NCBI GenBank assembly: GCA_951406725.2
Contig: OX597833.1
Location: 54,188,001-54,252,000 of the forward strand
Reading direction: 5' to 3'
DNA: 64,000 bases
Origin: Octopus vulgaris
Taxonomy: Eukaryota
The notes under the pieces were generated by a model, which worked only from the letters and a program-made list of their open reading frames with translations, ran no database searches and was not told the origin of the DNA. The translations under genes and the position numbers were made by a program. Position 1 is the stretch's first letter, and the number at the start of each line of letters is the position of its first letter. Of the stretch, positions 13,770-26,340 are shown one piece after another.

Positions 13770-14251
13770 ATGGTGGTGGTGGTGGTGGTGGTGGTCGTGG
13801 TCGTAGTGGTGGTGGTGATGGTGGTGGTGGTGGTGGTGGTGTGGTTGTGGTGGTGGTGGTGGTGGTGGTGGTGGTGGTGGTGGTGGTGGTGGTGTGGTGG
13901 TGGTGGTGGCGGTGGCGGTGAGGACAGCAGCGCACGGTGACGGTGGTGGTGGTGGTCTTAGTGGTGGTGGTGATGGTGGTGGTGGTGGTGTGGTGGTGGT
14001 GGTGTGGTGGTGGTGGTGGTGGTGGTGGGGAGAATCGTTCCGATGTTTTGATATTCAAATGCAATTCTTTACACGGTCTAACCAATTAATTCTTAATTAT
14101 GGTTCCAACTTTGACAAGGCTTAAAATTAGTCGCAACGAGGTGGTGGTGGTGGGTGGGGTGGAGTGGAGGGTGGCGTGGCGTGGGCGGGGGTGTAGGGTG
14201 GGGTGGAGTGGGGTGGGGAACGTGGTGACGAAGACAACAGCAGCGATGCGA

Positions 14252-14286
<35 letters not shown>

Positions 14287-14756
14287 ATTGATGATAGTGA
14301 TGAGGGTGATGAGGGTGATGGTGATGTTGATAGTTACGAAGATAGTCACGGAGATGATGATGATGATGATGATGACGACGACGATGACGATGACGATGGT
14401 GGTGGTAGTGATGAGAATGGTCATGCAGATGATGATAATGACAACGACGATGATGACGATCATGGTGATGATGACAATGATGAGGATGATCATGGCTTTG
14501 ATGATGATGATGATGATGATGAGTACTGGCACTGACTGCAAGAACGATGATTATGATGACAATGGTTGTGATGATGATGATGATGATTATGATGACAATG
14601 GTGATGATGATGATAATGATGATGATGATGATGATGATGATGACAATGGTGATGATGATGATGATGATGAGGATTATGATGACAATGGTGATGATGATGT
14701 CAATGGTGATGATGTTGATGATGATGATGACGACGACGATGATTATGATGACTGAC

Positions 14757-14791
<35 letters not shown>

Positions 14792-15052
14792 CAATGACGA
14801 CGATGATGATGATGACGATGATGATAATGATGATGATGATGCTGATTATGATGACAAGGTGATGATGATGATGATGATGATGATTATGATGACAATGGTG
14901 ATGTTGATGGATGATGATGACGACGATGACGATGATGATTATGATGATAAAGGGGATGATGATGATGATGATTATGATGATGATTATGATGATGATGATG
15001 TTGATGACGACGATGATGATTGTGATGACAATGGTGATGACAATGGTGATGG

Positions 15053-15089
<37 letters not shown>

Positions 15090-15130
15090 AACTGGTAGTA
15101 GCAGTGCTGGTGGTGGTGGTGGTGGTCGTG
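13770..15130. repeat. (GGT)n and (GAT)n compound microsatellites
   Basis: Direct runs; source of poly-D/M/H ORFs. Confidence 0.95.
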
Positions 15131-15267
15131 GTGAGATGATGAATATTAAGATGTTCCCGAGGATGATTTGTTGCAATGGCCATAACGATAATGATAACGA
15201 TTGGTGACGTTGGCAGCTCTGATGAAAAATGAATGATAACATTGGTGCTTGGTGCTGTTTGTTGCAA

Positions 15268-15783
15268 TGTGTGTATGCATGTGTGTGTGTGTATGCACTT
15301 GTGTGTGTGTGTGTGTGTGTATGTATGTGTATGTGTCTCTTTCTGTGTATGTGTGTGTGTATGTGTTTGTATGTGTATGTGTGTGTATGTGTGTGTAAGT
15401 GTGTGTGTGCATGTGTGTGTATGTGTGTGTGTTTGTATGTGTGTGTGTGCATGTGTGTGTGTGTGCATATGTGTGTGTGTATGTATGTGTGTGCGTATGT
15501 GTGTATGTATGTATATACGTATGTGTGTATGTATGTGCATGTGTGTGCTTGTATATGTGTGTGTGCACGCCCGTGTATGTGTGTGTATGTTTGTATGTGT
15601 GTGTGTGTCCGTGTTTGTGTGTGTATGTATGTCTGTACGTATGTGTGTATGTGTATGTGTGTACATATGTGTGTGTGTATGTATGTATGTGTGTGTGTAT
15701 GTATGTGTGTACCTATGTGTGTATATATGTGTATGTATGTGTGTGCATATGTGTGCGCGCATATGTGCACGTATGTGTGTGTG
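15268..15783. repeat. degenerate (GT/GTAT)n microsatellite
   Basis: Direct run. Confidence 0.95.
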
Positions 15784-16379
15784 ACTTTTCACGATGACGA
15801 CGACAACGGAGTCATAAGCCAACCTATGTCCAGTTAGAATAATTACAGTATGTATATATACCAATGAAATGTTTTGTCAAAACAGTAATTAGCAGCAAAT
15901 TTAGATTTTACTTCTCTTATTTCCATTTCCGCCTGTCATTTCTCTTCCTTTTTTATTTTGTATTTTCTTCGGAATAACAATTAGTTTTATAATCAGGAAT
16001 CACCGTTGCTTATCAATATACTTTGGCTCAAAGTTTATTTATTTATTCATGAATGAGATTTGTGAGTAATGAAGTTCAAATCCTGTATAATAAATAATAG
16101 ATCATATCGTATACAGATTTCTAAAGCAGAAATTTTTCCATCCCAAGACGTTCTATCTATCAGAAACGATGTCCGTTTGCGATCAGCACAAGATGAATTG
16201 CCAACCGAAGCAAGTTCCAGCCGAACTGAGTCGATCTTTCAGCATGTCCATAATTCCAGAACTCTCTTTACATTGTTTCAGTCAGTTCTGACTGTGGCCA
16301 TGCTGGAGCACCGCCTTTAGTCGAGCAAATCGACCCCTGGACTAATACACTGATACCTGGACATCCTTGTTACTTATTT

Positions 16380-16629
16380 ACTTTACTCTTACTCTTTTAT
16401 TCTTTTACTTGTTTCAGTCATTTGACTGCGGCCATGCTGGAGCTCCGCCTTTAATCAAGCAACTCGACCCCTGGACTTATTCTTTGTAAGCCTAGTATTT
16501 ATTCTATCGGTCTCTTTTGCTGAACTGCTAAGTTATGGGGATGTAAACACACCAGCATCAGTTGTCAAGCGATGTTGGGGGACAAACACAGACACAGAAA
16601 CATATACACACACATACATACATTCATAC

Positions 16630-16662
<33 letters not shown>

Positions 16663-16828
16663 CACGACAGGCTTCTTTCAGTTTCCGTCTACCAAATCCA
16701 CTCACAAGGCTTTGGTCAGCCCAAGGCTACAGTAGAAGACACTTGCCCAAGATGCCACACCGTGGGACTGAACCCTGAACCATGTGGTTGGTAAGCAAGC
16801 TACTAACCACACAGCCACTCCTATGCCT
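16380..16828 (-). mobile_element. SINE family A
   Basis: Full reverse-complement copy. Confidence 0.9.
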
Positions 16829-16859
16829 AGTTCTAAAAAAAAAAAATTAATAGCAGACA

Positions 16860-17062
16860 CTAGCCACAAGGAACTCCCATCTGACAAGTGTTTTGACCCA
16901 TATTCCTGACCCTATGGGAGCTGGGCTCACCCAGGTTATGACTCCTAGGTGTCCTCCTGCTGCTTTCCAAAATCCTGTCACCAGCAGGATTTGAACCTGG
17001 ATCATTCTTTTGTGAACTTGTGTTCCCAGGGCTGTGTTCCAATCCACTAGGCCACTCTGACC
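16860..17062 (-). mobile_element. different tRNA-like Pol III element / SINE head
   Basis: Minus strand GGTCAGAGTGGCCTAGTGG (A box) ... GGTTCAAATCC (B box), long spacer; no second copy seen in the window. Confidence 0.55.
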
Positions 17063-17549
17063 AACGAAGGAACCTGTTCTCTTCTTCCTTATGTTTCCTG
17101 TAAATAATCAATGGAATCCATAACTAGGGTCATTGATCATTTCTCTTTGCCTGTGCCCACATTGAGCTCTTTTCAGCAATATCAGACAAGCATTTGATTG
17201 CGGCAGTTCTTCTGCAGTCTTTGATACTCAACCTGTTATCTACCACAACATCCATAATTTCAGAAGCTGAAATTTTATGTGCAAAATGTATGCCTCTTAT
17301 ATATACAATGACATTTGTCACGTCAGAAACAATGTCTGTGATCAATTCAAGACAAATTGCTAACCAAAGAAGGTTCTGACCAAACTAGTTCTAATCAATA
17401 TGTTCTCTACCAGAAAATTCAAAGCTCCAAAACCTGAAATATCTTCCAAATGAATGCTCCTGATGCAGACCAAAATTTCTTCCTATGTCTGTTCTAAGAA
17501 TGTTGTCTGCACAAATTTCACTGTCGTAGAAGTTGAAATTTCATGTCAT

Positions 17550-17955
17550 TAGGCATAGGAGTGGCTGTGTGGTAAGTAGCTTGCTTACGAACCACATGGT
17601 TCCGGGTTCAGTCTCACTGTGCGGCACCTTGGGCAAGTGTCTTCTACTATAGCCTTGGGCTGACCAAAGCCTTGTGAGTGGATTCAGTGGACGGAAACTG
17701 AAAGAAGCCTGTCGTATATATGCATATATATATTTATGTGTGTGTGTACATGTTTATGTGTCTGTGTTTGTCCCCCCAACATCGCTTGACAACTGATGCT
17801 GGTGTGTTTACGTCCCCGTCACGGCAAAACAGACCGATAGAATAAGTACTAGGCTTACAAAGAATAAGTGCTGGGGTCGATTTGCTTGACTAAAGGCTGT
17901 GCTCCAGCATGGCCACAGTCAAATGACTGAAACAAGTAAAAGAGAGAGTAAAGAG
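17550..17955 (+). mobile_element. SINE family A
   Basis: Full copy; tail-to-tail with 17993-18410. Confidence 0.92.
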
Positions 17956-17992
17956 CACCTTGTATGCACCAAGACATACTTCATATCAGACA

Positions 17993-18202
17993 CTCTCTCT
18001 TTACTCTTTTACTTGTTTCAGTCATTTGACTGCGGCCATGCTGGAGCACCGCCTTTTAGTCGAGCAAATCGACTCTAGAACTTATTCTTTGTAAGCCTAG
18101 TACTTATTCTATCGGTCTCTTTTGCCGAACCGCTAAGTAACGTGGACGTAAACATACCAGCATCGGTTGTCAAGCGATGTTGGGGGGACAAACAGACACA
18201 CA

Positions 18203-18249
<47 letters not shown>

Positions 18250-18410
18250 GCGACAGGCTACTTTCAGTTTCCATCTACCAAATCCACTCACAAGGCTTTG
18301 GTTGGCCGGAGGCTATAGTAGAAGAGACTTGCTCAAGGTGCCACGCAGTGGGACTGAACCTGGAACCGTGTGGTTGGTAAGCAAGCTACTTGCCACACAG
18401 CCACTCCTGC
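17993..18410 (-). mobile_element. SINE family A
   Basis: Full reverse-complement copy. Confidence 0.92.
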
Positions 18411-18577
18411 GTGATCAGCACAAGATGAATTTACCAATCGAAGCCAGTTCCACCAAACTAGTTCCAATCAATATGGTTTCTACCACAAAATTCAGAACTC
18501 AAGAAGCTGAAATATCACATTCTAAATGAATGACCCTGATGCAGATCATGATTATTTCCTAGCAGAAATTATGCATA

Positions 18578-18786
18578 CTCTCTCTTTTACTTGTTTCAGT
18601 CATTTGATTGCGGCCATGCTGGAGCACCGCCTTTAGTTGAGCAAATTGACCCCGGGACTTATTCTTTGTAAGCCCAGTACTTATTCTATCGGTCTCTTTT
18701 GCCGAACCGCTAAGTGACAGGGACGTAAACACACCAGCATCGGTTGTCAAGCAATGCTAAGGGGACAAACACAGACACACAAACAT

Positions 18787-18843
<57 letters not shown>

Positions 18844-19007
18844 CATATATACGACAGGCTTCTTTCAGTTTTCGTCTACCAAATCCACTCACAAGTCTTT
18901 GGTCGGCCCGAGGCTATAGTAGAAGACACTTGCCCAAGGTGCCACGCAGTGGGACTGAACCCGGAACTATGTGGTTGGTAAGCAAGCTACTTACCACACA
19001 GCCACTC
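18578..19007 (-). mobile_element. SINE family A
   Basis: Full reverse-complement copy. Confidence 0.92.
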
Positions 19008-19249
19008 ATACGTAATTAAGACAAAAAGGCATTATCAGCTGAAAAAAGTTCCAACCAAACAAAGTCAGTCTTCAGCAAGTTTTCTACTATAGTATTCATG
19101 TTCTTCTTGTTCTTCTTGTTAGAAACGATGTCTGAATGTGAGTGATGCAAGATGAATTGCCAACCAAAGCAAGTTCAAATCAAACTGTGTCAGTTCTCTA
19201 CATGTTATTTATTACAACATCCAGAGGGTTCCAAAAGCTGAAATTTCAT

Positions 19250-20050
19250 ACACGTGGCAAGAATGGATGAGGATAGCTGTGCGAAAGAGTGCCACACCCT
19301 AGCAGTTGAGGGAACCTGTGGAAGAGGTAGATCCAGGAAGACCTGGGAGAAGATGGTGAAACATTACCTTCAAACATTAGGCCTCACTGAGGCAATGACT
19401 AGTGACCAAGACCTTTGGAAATATGCTTCGCCACACCCTAGCGGTTGAGGGAACCTGTGGAAGAGGTAGATCCAGGAAGACCTGAGAGGAGGTGGTGATG
19501 CATGACCTTCAAACATTAGGCCTCACCGAGGCAATGACTAGTGACCAAGTTCTTTGGAAATATGCTTCGCCACACCCTAGCGGTTGAGGGAACCTGTGGA
19601 AGAGGTAGATCCAGGAAGACCTGGGAGAAGGTGGTGAAGCATTACCTTCAAACATTACGCCTCACCGAGGCAATGACTAGTGACCAAGACCTTTGGAAAT
19701 ATGCTGTGCTTGAGAAGACCCGGCAAGCCAAGTGAGACCATAACTTGTGGCCTATGCCAGGGGTGTAACCAGCCCACTTATGCGTACCTTTCCTTCATTG
19801 GACACTAAACTCTGTGAAGACCAGTTGAGGCAAGTGAAATTGAAATCGAACTCAAATTTGATGACTGGCAGCCATGCTAGTGCAACGCTAAGAGCACCAT
19901 CCGAGCGTGATTGTTGCCAGAGCAGCTGACTTGCTTCTGTGTCAGTGGCATGTAAAAAGCACCATTCGAGCATGATCGTTACCAGCGTCGCCTTACTGGC
20001 ACTTGTGCCAGTGGCATGTGAAAAAATATTTGAGCAAGATCTTTGCCAGT
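19250..20050 (+). mobile_element. RTE-clade LINE 3' end with a triplicated 139-bp segment and 3' UTR repeats
   Basis: RMDEDSCAKECHTLAVEGTCGRGRSRKTW...DQDLWKYA (RTE C-terminal motif G.R.RGRP.KTW); unit starts at 19291, 19430, 19569. Confidence 0.85.
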
Positions 20051-20256
20051 TTCACTTATTTTACGGGGATGTAAACACACCAGCATCGATTGTCAAGTGA
20101 TGTTGGGGACACAAACACAGACACACAAACATATACACACATACATATATATATAGTTAATCCAAACATGAAAACACAAAGAGAAAACACAACAACGTGA
20201 GGACGTGGAACAAATATAGTATTATTGGACGCTTAGGAAGGAAGGGAAGAAGGAGG

Positions 20257-20291
20257 GTTTAATGTTTCGAGCGGAGCTCTTCATCGGAAAC
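20257..20291 (-). ncRNA. minimal hammerhead-like motif, CCGAUGA core variant, in a ~210-bp element inserted into a SINE
   Basis: Minus strand GTTT-CCGATGA-A-GAGC-TCC-GCTC-GAAAC-ATT-AAAC; stems I and II pair perfectly. Confidence 0.5.
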
Positions 20292-20669
20292 ATAGGAGAA
20301 GGAAAGATCCAGAGAAGGGAAGACAGAGGAAAAAAATCACCAACGGTACACACGCGGTCACATTTTGACGGGCTTCTTTCAGTTTCCGTCTATCAAATCC
20401 ACTCACAAGGCTTTGGTCAGCCTGAGGCTATAGTAGAAGACACTTGCCCAAGGTGCCATGCAGTGGGACTGAACTCAGAACCATGTGAGTTCAGAACTCA
20501 GAATATAGAGAACTTGAAGAAATGCTAGTATGCATTTTGACCAATGTTGCTAACAGTTCTGCCATCATGCTGCCCTAATGCCAGCTCACTGCCCTGGGGC
20601 CATATTGCTGCCCTTACCCTTGTTCCTCTCTGGAACAACTACAATAGCAACAACAATGACAACAACTAA

Positions 20670-20970
20670 CTGGCACTCCATAGGTTCCAGTCAACAGAAC
20701 AGCCTGCTTGGGAAACTAACTTGCAAGTGGCTGAGTATTCCATGGACACGTGTACTCTTAATGTAGTTCTCAGGGAGATTCAGCGTGACACAGAGTGTGA
20801 CAAGGCTGGCCCTTTTTTGAAATACAGGTACAACTCATTTTTGCCAGGTGAGTGGACTGGAGCAACGTGAAATAAAGTGTCTTGCTCAAGGACACAACGC
20901 GTTGCTGGGAATTGAACTCACGACCTTATAACTGTGAGTCGAATACTGTAACAACTAAGCCACGTGCCTT
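20670..20970 (-). mobile_element. tRNA-derived SINE sharing its 3' body with 843-1030
   Basis: Shared GATTCAGCGTGACACAGAG.GTGACAAGG body; CORE-like TGTGTCCTTGAGCAAGACACTT. Confidence 0.8.
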
Positions 20971-21228
20971 CGTAATAACAATAACAACAAAAACAATGAA
21001 AAATAACGGAAAAGATGATGAAATACATTAGTGGGGTGAGGTGGGCGGGGCAGGAAAGTCCAAAGGAGACAGAGAAAGATACGAGGGAAATATAATAAAG
21101 TCGAAGAACGAAGAAGTTTGTTTTCGACGCATCAAGAGAATAAATAGAATGATGCTCTATGCTATTGTTCGTCTGAAAGGAATCACTGATGCGGAAAAAT
21201 TATAGATTTATTTTTCTCAATTTTCTAG

Positions 21229-21306
21229 TTTTGCAATTTTGGCACAAATATGATAGATTTGCTCATCTGAGTTTGACTGAAAGTGACATTAGCAATCAGT
21301 ATGGTG
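21229..21306 (+). CDS. putative 78-nt symmetric exon (LQFWHKYDRFAHLSLTESDISNQYG)
   Basis: TTTTTCTCAATTTTCTAG acceptor, GTG|GTAAGT consensus donor, only the phase-1 frame is open. Confidence 0.4.
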
Positions 21307-21676
21307 GTAAGTAAGTAAGGTTTGTTTTTGAGAGAAGGAGAGAAAGAGAGAGAGAGGAAGAGAGACTCTGTGTGTGTGTTTTGATCCATACAGGAGACTT
21401 GGTCTACTGGAGCCTATCCTAGATTTCAAAGAATTAAAGCCTTGAAAGATATCATTTTCTCTTTAATATATTTTGCCCATGGAGCGGGATGAAGTAGTCA
21501 TAATAAACTAAAAATATATTTACAAAAACCAGAACAGAAAAAAAGAACAGAAAAATTAACAACCCCCACCCATCGTTGTTTACTGGGTTTCTTACCATGT
21601 TTAGCAGAAGATTCTACCTTCCCATGATATCTATCCTTGCTCATTGCTGGTTGTTAATAATAGTAATAACAATAAC

Positions 21677-21970
21677 AAAAACTGTTCCTGTTATTATAGG
21701 TGCCCTAGGTATGATATAAAAGGGATGTCAGAAACATCTAGATAACATCCCAGGTGAACCATCCTTCAGAGAAATCCAAAAGATTGTGCTGACAAGTAAT
21801 GCCCACATCCTTAGAAAAACCCTATCAATTTGAATGTATGTGTTGTATTACATGAAGATATTTCGCTACTGCCCCTGACACTTCCCCTCCCCTAGCTTTC
21901 AGTAATCCTGTAACATCTCTTACCCTTCACTCACCCTAGGATGCTGGGTGTGTCTTGGCAAGTGATTACA
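21677..21970 (+). mobile_element. R4/Dong-like (RLE) non-LTR retrotransposon 3' fragment
   Basis: KTVPVIIGALGMI*KGCQKHLDNIPGEPSFREIQKIVLTSNAHILRKTLSI*; starts next to a TAA-rich repeat. Confidence 0.75.
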
Positions 21971-22052
21971 GCAAACATGCAGATGAAAAGTATATTATGT
22001 ACATATATACATATATAATGTATAAATGTATGTGTATGTATATGTGTGTGTG

Positions 22053-22171
<119 letters not shown>

Positions 22172-22286
22172 GACAGGTATCTTTCAGTTTCCATCTACCA
22201 AATCCACTCACAAGACTTTGGCCAGCCCGAGGCAATAGTAGAAGACAGTTGCCCAAGGTGCCATGGAGTGGGATTGAACTGAAGAT

Positions 22287-22318
<32 letters not shown>

Positions 22319-22324
22319 TATATG

Positions 22325-22732
22325 CTTTTATTGTTTTACTTGTGTCAGTCATTTGACTGTGGCCACGCTGGAGCATCACCTTTAGTTGAACAAATCGAAC
22401 CCAGGACTTATTCTTTGTAAGCTTAGTACTTATTCTATCGGTTCTCTTTTTGCTGAACCGCTAAGTGATGGGGGACATAAACATACCTACATCGGTTGTC
22501 AAGCGATCATGGGGGGACAAACACAAACACAAATAACAAATGTATACATACATATATATACATATACGACAGGCTTCTTTCAGTTTCTGTCTACCAAATC
22601 CACTTACAAAGGCTTTGGTTGGCCCGAGGCTATAGCAGAAGACTCTTGCCCAAGGTGCTACACAGTGGGACTGAACCAGGAGCCATGCGGTTTGGAATCA
22701 AGCTTCTTATCACACGGCCGCTTCTGTGCCTA
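22325..22732 (-). mobile_element. SINE family A (older copy)
   Basis: Diverged reverse-complement copy. Confidence 0.85.
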
Positions 22733-22834
22733 TATATATATATATACATACACACACACACACATATATATGTATATAAATATTTATATGTACATATATA
22801 CATCCATGCATACATACATACTTATACATACATG

Positions 22835-22879
<45 letters not shown>

Positions 22880-23369
22880 ATATATATACATATTTAGTGA
22901 GAGAGACATACATATATGCACACACAGGCACACACACACAGGCACACACACACACGTACACACTGATCCAATGTGGTGATTTTTGTAATTTCTAGAAACC
23001 TGACTGCTGTCCACTTGTACTGCTTCTTGTCTAAAGTAATTTACTAATTTAATAATTACTGTCATGGCGAACATGATCGCCACCGCCACCACCACCATTA
23101 TCACCACCACTGCCGCCGTCGCTGCCACTACCACTATCGTCCTTATCATCGTCACGCTCCCCTTCTCTCCTCTTCCTCCTCCTATTCTGCCAGCTATTTA
23201 CATGTGTTATTTTGAAAAATATTCTGCTGTCTCTCTTAGTAAGTGAATGGAGGTCGTTCACCTAGCCAGGGACACTTACACATGTTTTAAGATATATTGA
23301 GGAAATTGCTACATGTGAGTAAAAAAGAGCAAAGCAATTGCCATGTGGCTGCAGTGTGTGGGAGGTAGA

Positions 23370-24033
23370 GGTTGACAACCGATGCTGGCGTGTTTACGTC
23401 CCCCGTCACTTAGCAGTTCAGCAACAGTGACCGATAGAATAAGTACTAGGCTTACAAAGAATAATTCCTGGGGTCGATTTGCTTGACTAAAGGTGGTGCT
23501 CCAGCATGGCCACAGTCAAATGACTTGAAACAAATAAAAGTATAAAAAAGAAAAGAAAAGGCGATTTGGCAGATGGAAACTGAAAGAAGCTCGTCGTATA
23601 TATATATGTATGTATGTGTGTGTATATGTTTGTGTGTCTGTGTTTGTCCCCTCAGCATCGCTTGACAACCGATGCTAGTGTGTTTACGTCTCCGTAACTT
23701 AGCAGTCCAGCAAGAGTGACCGATAGAATAAGTACTAGGCTTACAAAGAATAATTCCTGGGGTCGATTTGCTTGACTAAAGGTGGTGCTCCAGCATGGCC
23801 ACAGTCAAATGACTTGAAACAAATAAAAGTATAAAAAAGAAAAGAAAAGAATATATGATAGGCATAGGAGTGGCTGTGTGGTAAGTAGCTTGCTTACCAA
23901 CCACATGGTTCCGGGTTCAGTCCCTCTGTGTCGCATCTTGGGCAAGTGTCTTCTACAATAGCCTCAGACCCACCAAAACCTTGTGAGTGGATTTGGTAGA
24001 CGGAAACTGAAAGAAGCTCGTTGTATATATTTA

Positions 24034-24117
<84 letters not shown>

Positions 24118-24350
24118 GTGTGTGTATATGTTTGTGTGTCTGTATTTGTCCCCCCAACATCGCTTGACAACCGATGCTGGTGTGTTTACGTCTCCGTAAC
24201 TTAGCAGTTCGGCAAAAGACTGATAGAATAAGTACTGGGCTTACAAAAATAACTCCTGGGGTCAATTTGCTCGACTAAAGGTGGTGCTCCAGCATGGCCT
24301 CAGTCAACTAACTGAAACAAATAAAAGAATAAAATGGAAAAGAAAAGAAT
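23370..24350 (+). mobile_element. tandem array of SINE family A (two 3' halves plus one full copy)
   Basis: The two 3' halves share variants (GACTTGAAACAAATAAAAGTATAAAAAAG); full copy from ~23858. Confidence 0.88.
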
Positions 24351-24629
24351 ATATGCTCGTTAACCTTTTTTCAATTTTGATCTCATTCTTCGTTTACTTT
24401 GGATGTCTCAGATATGAAATATTGTAACAAAGATCAGTACTGGCTATTATTTCTAGAGAAAATCTGTTGAGATAACCTTAATGGGTACTATAATGGGTGG
24501 CTGGAAATGGGGAAACCCAAGAAACTAAGAAAGAAGGGAAATATATTGGATGTATCAGGAGGTTGTTGGAGTTGCCTGTCGAGGATGACTAGGGCTTGGC
24601 AACTACAGCACCAAGAGACGTGAAATATC

Positions 24630-25222
24630 CTTATTCTATTCTAGGCACAAGGCCCGAAATATTTAGTTGGTACTTAATTTATCGACCCCAAAAGGATGAA
24701 AGGCAAAGTCAACCTTGGCGGAATTTGAACTCAGAACCTAGCGGCAGATGAAATACCTATTTCTTTACTACCCACAAGGGGCTGAACACAGAGGAGACAA
24801 ACAAGGACAGACAGACGGATTAAGTCGATTACATCGACCCCCAGTGCGTAACTGGTACTCAATTTATCGACCCTGAAAGGATGAAAGGCAAAGTCGACCT
24901 CGGCGGAATTTGAACTCAGAACGTAACGGTAAACGAAATACCACTGAGCATTTCACCTGGCATGCTAATGTTCCTGCCAGCTCACCGCCTTAAGCATATT
25001 CCTTTCTACTCTAGGCACAAGACCTGAAATTTTGTGTGTGTGTGTGTGGGGGGGGCAGTCGATTAAATTGACTCCAGTATGCAACTGGTACTCAATTTAT
25101 CGACCCCAAAAGGATGAAAGGCAAAGTCGACCTCGGCGAAATTTGAACTCAGAACGTAATCGCAGATGAAATACCGCTAAGCATTTTGCCCGGCGTGCTA
25201 ACGATTCTGCCAGCTGGCTGCC
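24630..25222 (-). mobile_element. cluster of Meta-domain SINEs
   Basis: Three repeats of AATTTATCGACCCC.AAAGGATGAAAGGCAAAGTC. Confidence 0.88.
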
Positions 25223-25244
25223 TTCAAACATAAACACAAAGACA

Positions 25245-25283
<39 letters not shown>

Positions 25284-25469
25284 ACACACACACACTCACA
25301 CACACACATACACACACACACACACTCACACACACACACAGAGCATCATCATCATCACCATCATAATCATTTGTGTTTATGTTTGGGGACAAACATAGAA
25401 ACAAAGACACACACAGAGCATCATATCATCATCATCATCATCATCATCACCATCATAAATCATTATCAT

Positions 25470-25920
25470 TATTCAACATCTGCTTTCCATGCTGGCATGG
25501 GTTGGACGGTTTGACATGGTGCTGGCTAGCAGAAAGCTATCCAGACCCCCACTTTCTGTTATTGTTTCTACAGCTGGATGCCCTTTCTAATGCCAACCAC
25601 TTAGCAGAGTGTACTGGGTGCTTTTTTACCTGCCATCAGCACTTATGCATTAATGCAGCACCAGCACAGGTGTGTCAATGCAACACTGGTACAGGTGCTT
25701 TTTAAGTGGTGGTGGTGCTGGAGATGTAACATAAAAAGCTCTGGTGCTAGTGTCATGTAAAAAGCACCCAGTACGCTCTCTAAAGTGGTCGGCATTAGGA
25801 AAGGCATCCAGCCATAGAAACCAAACCAAAACAGAGTGTGGAATATGGTGCAGGGCCTGGGTTTGTCAGTTCCTCTCAACCCATGCTAGCATGGAAAATG
25901 GATGTTAAACGATGATGATA
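25470..25920. mobile_element. two RTE-tail-type short elements in inverted orientation
   Basis: CCATGCTGGCATGG / GGATGCCCTTTCTAATGCC on the left, mirrored by GGCATTAGGAAAGGCATCC / CCATGCTAGCATGG + (GAT)n on the right. Confidence 0.75.
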
Positions 25921-25924
25921 ATGG

Positions 25925-26340
25925 TGGCGAGCAGGCAGAACCGTTAGCACGCCGGGCGAAATGCTGAGGGGTATTTCGTCTGCCGCTATGTTCTGAGTTC
26001 AAATTCCGTCAAGGTCGACTTTGCCTTTCATCTTTTCGGGGTCGATTAAATAAGTACCAGTTATGCACTGGGGTCGATGTAATCGACTCAATCCAATTTG
26101 TCTGTCCTTATTTGTCCTCTCTGTGTTTAGCCCCTTGTGGGTAGTAAAGAAATAGGTGTTTCGTCTGCCGTTACATTCTGAATTCAAATTCCGCCGAGAT
26201 TGACTTTGCCTTTCATCCTTTTGGGGTTGATTAAATAAGTACCAGTTACGCACTGGGGTCGATGTAATTAACTTAATCCCTTTGTCTGTCCTTGTTTATC
26301 CTCTCTGTGTTTAGCCCCTTGTAAGTAGTAAAGAAATAGG
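25925..26340 (+). mobile_element. Meta-domain SINE with duplicated 3' part
   Basis: Head TGGCGAGCAGGCAGAACCGTTAGCACGCCGGGCG, B box GAGTTCAAATTCC, Meta core present twice. Confidence 0.88.

Noticed and set aside
14086-15864. Asp-rich and His-rich ORFs resembling biomineralisation proteins
   Set aside because: (GAT)n/(GT)n microsatellites with frame switches; no signal peptide or splice support
22999-23040. Possible micro-exons on either strand
   Set aside because: Weak splice signals; equally plausible on both strands, so uninformative
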